Positions 17,905 through 24,086 of a stretch of 39,532 nt of DNA are shown in pieces (the stretch's first letter is position 1; the number at the start of each line of letters is the position of its first letter). The DNA lies in IMG/VR virus record IMGVR_UViG_3300037046_000003, positions 1 through 39,532 of that record; one strand, given 5' to 3'. Under the pieces are notes generated by a model. It worked only from the letters and a program-made list of their open reading frames with translations. It made no database searches and was not told the origin of the DNA. The translations under genes and the position numbers were made by a program. This DNA comes from a virus. Lineage: Duplodnaviria > Caudoviricetes.

Positions 17905-17905
17905 G

Positions 17906-18241
17906 TCATCCTCCTTGGATGGCCTCGATTTCAGCCTTAAGGGCCTGTCCTCGGGGTGTCAGTTTGACCAGCTTGCGGCGGCGATAGAACGGGTCTTCAA
18001 AGGCATCAAGCAGCCCGTACCCCGGTTCCTTCGGGTTCAGTCCGGGACCGAGGATGACCACGTTGCGGGAGACAGATGACTGCTCCACCCCGGCCAGCTT
18101 CGGCAGGTCGGCCATCGGTATTTCTCCGCGCTCTAGGATGGTGAGGAGAATGGATACCTGCTGAAGCGGTATCTTAGGGTTGTCGGTGTAGCGGAGGATG
18201 GTTGTCAATACCTTCCCCGTGACTGTGAGAGCTTTCATCAT
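17906..18241 (-). CDS. MarR-like winged-helix regulator (candidate repressor)
   Basis: LAGVEQSSVSRNVVIL...EDPFYRRRKLVKLTPRG, directly upstream of int. Confidence 0.85.
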   Translation of the reverse strand: MMKALTVTGKVLTTILRYTDNPKIPLQQVSILLTILERGEIPMADLPKLAGVEQSSVSRNVVILGPGLNPKEPGYGLLDAFEDPFYRRRKLVKLTPRGQALKAEIEAIQGG

Positions 18242-18395
18242 TTACCCCTATCTTCGTTATGAGGATGAGCGTGCGTCCTATCAGGACTTCCCACTCATTA
18301 GCGTGTTCCTGCTTCTCTATGCGGAACCGTGGTCGCGGTCCTTCGCGGGTATAGAAGTCAGTCCCTGCCGTTACATTGAATCCAAAAATTAACAC
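18174..18395 (-). CDS. Hypothetical protein overlapping the MarR-like gene start
   Basis: 73-aa ORF, relatively low GC, weak SD. Confidence 0.4.
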   Translation of the reverse strand: MLIFGFNVTAGTDFYTREGPRPRFRIEKQEHANEWEVLIGRTLILITKIGVNDESSHSHGEGIDNHPPLHRQP

Positions 18396-18420
18396 GTTAT
18401 CTATGACCTTTGTGATACCG

Positions 18421-18457
18421 CACCCCGCGTGCTGCTATCAAGTCACGATGCGGGGTG
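18421..18457. other. Hairpin in the AT-rich intergenic region upstream of the marR-int unit
   Basis: CACCCCGC...GCGGGGTG inverted repeat. Confidence 0.55.
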
Positions 18458-18586
18458 GATATGATACATGAGTGGAACTGATACACAACCAGTACAGAGG
18501 GCATTCTACCTATTAGGTAATATGATGCTTGCTTATAGTTTCATCAGTCCGTGAGGTGCTAACTAGCCTCTTAGAGCGAATCCGTG

Positions 18587-18751
18587 CTAGTAGGAGGCGT
18601 CCAGAAGAGGCCCTACAAGAATCAGGAGGATCGGGACGAGGACCACAGAGAGGGCGGCTAGGACCTCCTCGGGCTTCCTTGCTAGGGGCGTTAGGGCGGA
18701 CCCTCTGTAGAGCCTTGGAGGGGCCTTCCTGTGCGTCTGGGGGCGGTTCAT
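18587..18751 (-). CDS. Small early protein with a C-terminal TM segment (54 aa)
   Basis: GAGGAG SD then ATG 18751, containing VLAALSVVLVPILLILVGPLL. Confidence 0.6.
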   Translation of the reverse strand: MNRPQTHRKAPPRLYRGSALTPLARKPEEVLAALSVVLVPILLILVGPLLDASY

Positions 18752-18761
18752 TATCGGCTCC

Positions 18762-18941
18762 TCAGTAGATGTATTCAAGGGAACCGTTGGGCATCTCCAG
18801 AGCGGCATCAGCGGACTCGCCTGCCCTGTACCGGTCCTTCAGGTACTTCATGGCAGCGTCGAAGGACAGGCCGGTTTCCACGATGTCCTCAGATTCAAGG
18901 CCGGGGTTCTCAACGATTGAGTAGGTGCGCGGGAGGTTCAT
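18762..18941 (-). CDS. Small early protein (59 aa), absent from the ORF track
   Basis: AAGGA SD, reading MNLPRTYSIVENPG...GSLEYIY*. Confidence 0.7.
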   Translation of the reverse strand: MNLPRTYSIVENPGLESEDIVETGLSFDAAMKYLKDRYRAGESADAALEMPNGSLEYIY

Positions 18942-18944
18942 GAT

Positions 18945-19103
18945 TCAGTTCCTTACGAGGGAGCAGGCGTTTCCGCTAGCTGCTGCATGCTTGAGCCACT
19001 GGAGGGCCATCTTGTGGGGAAACGAGGAGCGGCCCAGCCTGTCAGCGAAGTAGCTGAATGAGCCGTCTCCTGCATCAATGCGGATGCTGTATTGGTTGCT
19101 CAT
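18945..19103 (-). CDS. Small early protein (52 aa), absent from the ORF track
   Basis: AAGGAG SD, reading MSNQYSIRIDAGDGSFSYF...LVRN*. Confidence 0.65.
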   Translation of the reverse strand: MSNQYSIRIDAGDGSFSYFADRLGRSSFPHKMALQWLKHAAASGNACSLVRN

Positions 19104-19183
19104 GGGGTGATGCGCTCCTTGATGATGCGGACACCCTCACGGGCTGCGCTCTCGACTGCATCAGCGATGAGGAGAAACTTCAT
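19100..19183 (-). CDS. Micro-ORF (27 aa)
   Basis: GGAGG SD and ATGA coupling at both ends, reading MKFLLIADAVESAAREGVRIIKERITP*. Confidence 0.6.
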   Translation of the reverse strand: MKFLLIADAVESAAREGVRIIKERITP

Positions 19184-19386
19184 AGCTTGCAAGCCTCCCG
19201 CACCAAGGCATCAACGGCGGTGTAGAAGTCCTTCATCTCCTCCGCAGTCCTTTGGGGCATCTGGCAGACCTTGGTCAGGTCGTGTAGCAGGGTAGATGCC
19301 TGCTTCAGTGCAACCTCCTCGGGCAGCCCGAGGATGCCGCTATTGGCTACCCTTTCGAGGTGCCATAGGGTGTCGTTCAGGTTCAT
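19180..19386 (-). CDS. Small early protein
   Basis: GGAGG SD then ATG 19386, coupled to its neighbours. Confidence 0.65.
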   Translation of the reverse strand: MNLNDTLWHLERVANSGILGLPEEVALKQASTLLHDLTKVCQMPQRTAEEMKDFYTAVDALVREACKL

Positions 19387-19526
19387 TGGCACACCTCCCT
19401 GACGAACCAGGGTTGAAACTCATGGGCGGGATAATCGCCCCAGGTCAGGAAGCCCATTCGATGTCCTCCTCGGGGATGTAAAGGGGGGGTCAGGCGACCA
19501 CCCACGATGATAAAATCAGTAGCCAT
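19383..19526 (-). CDS. Small early ORF (47 aa)
   Basis: AAGGAG SD, reading MATDFIIVGGRLTPP...GEVCQ*. Confidence 0.5.
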   Translation of the reverse strand: MATDFIIVGGRLTPPLHPRGGHRMGFLTWGDYPAHEFQPWFVREVCQ

Positions 19527-19797
19527 GGCTGGCTCCTTTCCTAGGGCTGTATTTGGAGAGCTTGAGGATTCCCTTACGGGTGCGGCGGAGGATCATCATT
19601 TGGGGCTCCTTTCGAGGTGACTTGACGTATCCAGAAGAGGCCCTGTGACATCCAGGAGGGCCACCCTCCTTGAGCTGGACATACTCGCCAGCCTTCAGGG
19701 CCTTGATAGGGCTCTGCTGGGCAGACTGAGCGGGCCAGCAGATAGGGCAGTTGAAGCCCTTACCGTGTGGGCATTTCGGGCACTGTTCGCGGGCCAT
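19516..19797 (-). CDS. Basic early protein with an N-terminal Cys4 zinc-ribbon-like motif
   Basis: AAGGAGG SD, CPKC...CPIC. Confidence 0.6.
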   Translation of the reverse strand: MAREQCPKCPHGKGFNCPICWPAQSAQQSPIKALKAGEYVQLKEGGPPGCHRASSGYVKSPRKEPQMMILRRTRKGILKLSKYSPRKGASHGY

Positions 19798-19833
19798 GTC
19801 GGGCCTCCTTTAGGTGTGACTGTGGATTAACTG

Positions 19834-19903
19834 AAGGGCTCCGTTAGAGCGAAACCCTTGGATTAATGCAGCAGTGGATAGGGTGGGCCGAGTCAAAGCC
19901 CTT
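19834..19903 (-). other. Extended stem-loop after ardA (RNase III-site-like)
   Basis: AAGGGCT/AGCCCTT outer stem and ACCCT/AGGGT inner stem. Confidence 0.45.
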
Positions 19904-20393
19904 AGTTGCTGAAGTAGTAGCCGTTTTCCTCTGAGAAGTCATAGGCCAAGTCCCTGCCGAATGCCTCAAAATCGAAGTACCGCCGAAGGTTCTCGGGGAC
20001 ATCCGAAAGCATCCCGCAGGATTCCGCGTAGTCCTCTGCCAGTTCAGTATCAGAGCTGTATTTGCCGTAATACTTGTTGTCACAGTCCTCAGCATCCCAC
20101 TCCCCAAAAAGGGAGATGTAAGCAATGGCCTTCTCCATGTCGTCACAGTCCATCAGGGACCAGACAGCCTCCTCAATGGAGCATTCCGACATCATGGAAG
20201 AGGGCACACCCTCGTAGTCCTGGAACATCAATTCCGGGTCTTCCTCATCCTTGTGCAGCTCCCGACATGCAGTAATGAAATCAGCCTTGCCTGCGTAGTC
20301 CGCCAGATCAAGCCACGCACCTTCGATGCTGCCCTCGGTGTACTTCGCATAGGTGCCGACATAGACACGGAATTCGGTTGTGTTGGTGGTCAT
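19902..20393 (-). CDS. ardA: ArdA antirestriction protein (DNA mimic)
   Basis: VYVGTYAKY...GAWLDL, DPELMFQDYE and LRRYFDFEAFGRDL motifs; very acidic. Confidence 0.92.
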   Translation of the reverse strand: MTTNTTEFRVYVGTYAKYTEGSIEGAWLDLADYAGKADFITACRELHKDEEDPELMFQDYEGVPSSMMSECSIEEAVWSLMDCDDMEKAIAYISLFGEWDAEDCDNKYYGKYSSDTELAEDYAESCGMLSDVPENLRRYFDFEAFGRDLAYDFSEENGYYFSN

Positions 20394-20405
20394 TTGGAGG
20401 CCTCT

Positions 20406-20531
20406 TCAGAAAACGTTACGGATAACTGCACGGGTTGCCTCAAGGCTGAGGCCCTGACGACGTGCCCAACGATTGAAAGCGTAGAAGCCGACTTGATGCG
20501 CAAAGCGTTCGAGCTGCTGTGACTTGGCCAT
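20406..20531 (-). CDS. First early ORF (41 aa, basic), absent from the ORF track
   Basis: GAAGGAG SD, reading MAKSQQLERFAHQVGFYAFNRWARRQGLSLEATRAVIRNVF*. Confidence 0.7.
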   Translation of the reverse strand: MAKSQQLERFAHQVGFYAFNRWARRQGLSLEATRAVIRNVF

Positions 20532-20771
20532 GATGTAGCTCCTTCAGTTGAATTCAGGTAGGGGCTTTCGGTGCCCTACTGGACCGCTGAAGAGGCCTCG
20601 TTAGAAGCCCCTTTAGTGCTGCGTCATCTCGCCTAGATCAGCCATTCCGGCCCGGACCTTTAGAGCTAGTCCGGTATCCTCAACAGAGCATTTGTGTTGC
20701 CAGCCCCCTGTCAGGGCTCTTGAGTCACCATCTCGGCGAGTCGTTGTTGTGTTTCGTGTTACTGAGACTGC

Positions 20772-20800
20772 ATTATGCGCTTCTGTATTGAATCTGTCAA
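20772..20800 (-). promoter_or_regulatory. Host sigma70 early promoter
   Basis: TTGACA-17 nt-CATAAT. Confidence 0.88.
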
Positions 20801-20898
20801 GTGGAATCTATGCAGTGATGGATATGGGCTCAGGTCGGGGTACGTAATAGACGCACGCGCGTGATCTATAGTGCAACCAAGGGTGCTCTGAGGGTGAC

Positions 20899-20918
20899 TA
20901 CTGGATGCCCATACAGTG
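20899..20918. promoter_or_regulatory. LexA/SOS-type box 1
   Basis: TACTG-GATGCCCATA-CAGTG (CTG-N10-CAG). Confidence 0.72.
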
Positions 20919-20951
20919 GAAAGCGCAAAAATAGGGGAGAGAGGAAGGACG

Positions 20952-20971
20952 TACTGGATAAGCGTACAGTA
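20952..20971. promoter_or_regulatory. LexA/SOS-type box 2
   Basis: TACTG-GATAAGCGTA-CAGTA (CTG-N10-CAG with consensus flanks). Confidence 0.78.
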
Positions 20972-21001
20972 GTTCATATCGACTTTGATCGACACGTTGC
21001 G

Positions 21002-21040
21002 AAAAAAAGGGGAGCTTCTCGGTGTTCTGAGGGCTCCCCT
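21002..21040 (-). terminator. Intrinsic terminator in the genome-end region
   Basis: AGGGGAGC-CCTCAGAACACCGAGAA-GCTCCCCT followed by a T tract. Confidence 0.8.
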
Positions 21041-21259
21041 ATGGGCAATACGGTACAGCTACGGATATACAATCCGGCGAGACACCAATGGAATCAATGA
21101 CTTAGCCAAGCGTGTGCCCGGCCGCGTGCCTATATGAGGCTCGACTCGGCTCCTATGGGCTACACGCTGGCGCCCACGAAAGGAGACCCCGGAGGGGGGA
21201 GATTCTCTACCCAGGTAGTGATATAGGGCCTTACCATTTTCTCTTCAAATATTTCCAGG

Positions 21260-21560
21260 CAGTCCCCACAGAGGACACCTTCAGAGAACCAACAGGAGGA
21301 CACCACAGAGGACCCGCCAGGGACACTTTGAGGGTGGGCCTAAGGGTGATGTCCTGGTGGTAGTAGCAACTGCCACAGGCCCCAGCACACACCCATGGAG
21401 CCCTATAGGTAATCCACAGAGAACCTACAGAGTCCAGGAGGGTACTGCTACCCATGGACACCCTCAGTCAAGGCTCTCTACTACGGAACCAGGAGGGGCA
21501 TCTATAGAGACTCTATAGGGACCAGGAGAGGGCTCTAACTGAGGGTCCCTCTATAGGTGT
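21260..21560. repeat. Degenerate short-repeat array in the non-coding genome-end/packaging region
   Basis: Recurring (C)AGAGGAC(A)CC, AGAGAACC and CCAGGAG units, plus a perfect palindrome CTATAGAG-A-CTCTATAG at 21502-21518. Confidence 0.55.
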
Positions 21561-21575
21561 GCAAAGGGGTATCCT

Positions 21576-21596
21576 ATGGGATAGGTGGGTTTTACC
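21576..21596 (-). promoter_or_regulatory. Putative phage RNAP promoter at the right end (phiOR-like)
   Basis: GGTAAAACCCACCTATCCCAT(AGG) just after terL. Confidence 0.72.
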
Positions 21597-21659
21597 TCTG
21601 GGTTATGGCTGGAGCCCTTGCAGCACAAGGGTTTCCGGCTGATCTGCAAAGTTGTAAAT

Positions 21660-23390
21660 CTATGACATCCAGTTGGGCACAGAAGCACTACTTCCACCGA
21701 GGGCATGCTCCATGAACTTGGCTAATTCCATGTCCAGGAGGGCTGCCCTATGGTCATCCAGAGACTTCTGAACGTCTGCATCCATCTGCTCTGCCCAATA
21801 GGCTACGGCTATCGCCAGTGCATCTAGGCGGTCATCGTGGGCCAGGGCTTGTCTCTCTCGGGTGATCCGGGTGAGCTGGTAGAAGAGCTGATACTTGTGT
21901 GCATGGTCTGAGGGGTGGTCGTTGTAGTTCTCGAAGTCCTTCTTCACCAGGGCCTCATCAATGACCAGGCGGTGCTGGTTCATCACGGGCTCCAGCGTGT
22001 CAATGATGCGGGCCTCCTTCTGGGTGCTGTGGCGGACCTCCTCGGTGGTCACGGGGTAGATGCGGACCAGGAACGGAGTCAGCAGTTTGAGGAACATGCC
22101 GTCACCGAAGTTGGACTCCACCAGGACACACTTGGCCTTGTAGCGTTTAGCTAACTTGGCCAGGGCCTCCAGGTTGTCATCAGCGTAGCCGCCCTTCATG
22201 CCCCCTGCGTCGAGACAGTAGAGGACACCATTGAGCATCGCCACGATGGCGTAGGAGAGTTCATCGGTGCCACGGCCTGCCGGGTCAATGGCCATGACGC
22301 AGCCTTGATACTCGGCGAACTCCTTGGCGATGAACATGGGCCTGTGCAGACGGTCCCCGGACATGCCCACGTTGGGGAGGTCGGAGATAATCTGGTCTGG
22401 GCCTGATCCCCAGGCGACTCCCACGGGGGCCAGCTCGGTGCTCAATGACATCACCACAAGGTCAGACATCTTCAGCGGATAGCGGTCGGTGTCGGAGCCT
22501 GCGGTATCAAGCATGAACTGCATGGCGAAGCCTGAGCGACCGTAGGAGAGTTCCCGCTTGAGGAGTTCCCTATCGGTGAATCGCTTGGGGTCCGTGGGGA
22601 GTCCCCGGCCGTCAGCTCGGGTGGCCAGTGAGGGGTCATCGGCCAGGGCCTTCAGGATCGAAGGGGCCAGGCGGGAGCCATAGCGGGTGATCTGCTCGGC
22701 CGTGGGGTAGCGGGCAGGCCACACACGAATCTCATACCCTCGGGAGGGCAGGATGTTGTAGAGGCTCATCTCGGTCTGGGGCGTGCCCAGGTAGATGACC
22801 TCGCCGCCTGGCACAAGAACGGCATCGAACTCCTTGACCTGCTCGGCCAGCTTGTCCCGCATGCCCTGTGTCAGGGAGTTCTTCGGCACCTCGATGTCAT
22901 CCGCAACAATGATGGTGGCCCGGCTGCCGGCAAGCTGCCCAGAGATGCCCACAGATTTCACTGAGGGTGCCTGGTGGGCGCTGCTGGGGCCTACGTCAAA
23001 GGCGATGTTGGAGTCTCGCTGCCCAGGGCGTGCCTTGAGGTGCTGAAGTAGCGGCATCTCATCAATGAGCCTCTTCAGGAACACGGAGAAGGCATCAGCC
23101 CGCTCCTTCGAGGCGGACACAACCATGACGCGCTCTTCAGGGTTCAGGAGGAGTCGCCAGAGAACGTAGGCGGCTGTCTCCCAGGACTTACCAACACCCC
23201 GGAAGGCTTCAATGATGCGCCGTTCAGGGCCATGCTGGAGGTACAGCGCGATGTCGTACTGGACTACAGTGGGGTCGGGAAGGTTCAGGTGCTTCCATAC
23301 GAGGAACAGGAAGTTTCTGAAGTCAGCCCGTACCGGGTCATAGGCGTTAGCAACAGCCCGTGCGCCCGGCGTGGGTGCGTTAGGTGGCAG
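21660..23390 (-). CDS. terL: Terminase large subunit (T7 gp19-like), probable CUG start
   Basis: The frame is open upstream of ATG 23126 through DFRNFL and AFRGVGKS (Walker A). Also IVADDIE, LGTPQ, DPAGRG and HDDRLDALA. Confidence 0.93.
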   Translation of the reverse strand: MPPNAPTPGARAVANAYDPVRADFRNFLFLVWKHLNLPDPTVVQYDIALYLQHGPERRIIEAFRGVGKSWETAAYVLWRLLLNPEERVMVVSASKERADAFSVFLKRLIDEMPLLQHLKARPGQRDSNIAFDVGPSSAHQAPSVKSVGISGQLAGSRATIIVADDIEVPKNSLTQGMRDKLAEQVKEFDAVLVPGGEVIYLGTPQTEMSLYNILPSRGYEIRVWPARYPTAEQITRYGSRLAPSILKALADDPSLATRADGRGLPTDPKRFTDRELLKRELSYGRSGFAMQFMLDTAGSDTDRYPLKMSDLVVMSLSTELAPVGVAWGSGPDQIISDLPNVGMSGDRLHRPMFIAKEFAEYQGCVMAIDPAGRGTDELSYAIVAMLNGVLYCLDAGGMKGGYADDNLEALAKLAKRYKAKCVLVESNFGDGMFLKLLTPFLVRIYPVTTEEVRHSTQKEARIIDTLEPVMNQHRLVIDEALVKKDFENYNDHPSDHAHKYQLFYQLTRITRERQALAHDDRLDALAIAVAYWAEQMDADVQKSLDDHRAALLDMELAKFMEHALGGSSASVPNWMS

Positions 23391-23457
23391 GTTGGACCTT
23401 CACAATGGGCCTACAGTGGCCTCTAAGGGCTCAGGGTAGGCGCTGGTATAGGGAACG

Positions 23458-23511
23458 AAAAAAAACCCCACAGCGGGCCTTGTAGGGCCTTCTGTGAGGT
23501 TGAGGGTAAAA
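23458..23511 (-). terminator. Intrinsic terminator between terS and terL
   Basis: AACCTCACAG..GGCC-CTACAA-GGCC..CTGTGGGG followed by T8. Confidence 0.75.
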
Positions 23512-23529
23512 CGAGGGTTTTGAGGAGGT

Positions 23530-23802
23530 CTAACCTACCTTGAATCCCTCATCGTCCCCTTGCTCGGGGAACGGCAGGACAGCGGCCAGGGTCTGGATGC
23601 CTTTGTGGGCTTCCGGCAGGGCCTCCACACCGTTGTCCTTGAGGAACTCGCGGGCTTCCTTGAAGAAGGACGCGGGGGCGGTGAGCTGGAGTTCTTCACC
23701 GTCCTTGCCCATGACCTTCACACCGTCTTTGATGATGGTAGCGAGGGCGTTGGCCAGGAGGGAGAGAAGCTGATCCAGCGCAGCTTGGGATGCTTTGCTC
23801 AT
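23530..23802 (-). CDS. terS: Terminase small subunit (T7 gp18-like)
   Basis: MSKAS...L..LLA...AREFLKDNG motif, upstream of terL, ATGA-coupled to the holin. Confidence 0.8.
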   Translation of the reverse strand: MSKASQAALDQLLSLLANALATIIKDGVKVMGKDGEELQLTAPASFFKEAREFLKDNGVEALPEAHKGIQTLAAVLPFPEQGDDEGFKVG

Positions 23803-24086
23803 AGCTTCTTGTCCATGTACTTTTGGGCGAACAGGGTAATCGTGGAGGCACCGAGGGACGCCAGGAGGCATCCGAAGGCGACCACGACAGGGAACGGAGC
23901 ATTCGGTAGGGGAATCTGGATCAAGGCAGCAGCCCCGCCCAGCCCACCGGACACAATCGCATGACCGATGGCCTTACGCGCCGTCAGAGGCTCACTGGAT
24001 ACCAGCAGCTTGCCGAGGCCGATGAGGGCGCCAGCAGCGGCTAGGTAGTACAGCAGGCCCTCTTCATTGGTGCCTGGGGTGGCCAT
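23799..24086 (-). CDS. Holin, P2 gpY-like (3 TM)
   Basis: GALIGLGKLLVSSEPLTARKAIG pattern with a basic C-terminus, at the T7 17.5 position. Confidence 0.8.
   Translation of the reverse strand: MATPGTNEEGLLYYLAAAGALIGLGKLLVSSEPLTARKAIGHAIVSGGLGGAAALIQIPLPNAPFPVVVAFGCLLASLGASTITLFAQKYMDKKL

Noticed and set aside
18477-18493. Third SOS box ACTG-ATACACAAC-CAGT
   Set aside because: Spacing is CTG-N9-CAG, one base short of the LexA requirement.
20759-21461. ORFs 20759-20995, 20861-21100, 21112-21363 and 21231-21461
   Set aside because: They overlap the promoter, SOS boxes, terminator and repeats, and have no convincing SD or protein-like features.
21260-21560. CRISPR-like mini-array
   Set aside because: The repeats are short (8-11 bp), degenerate and irregularly spaced, and there are no cas genes.
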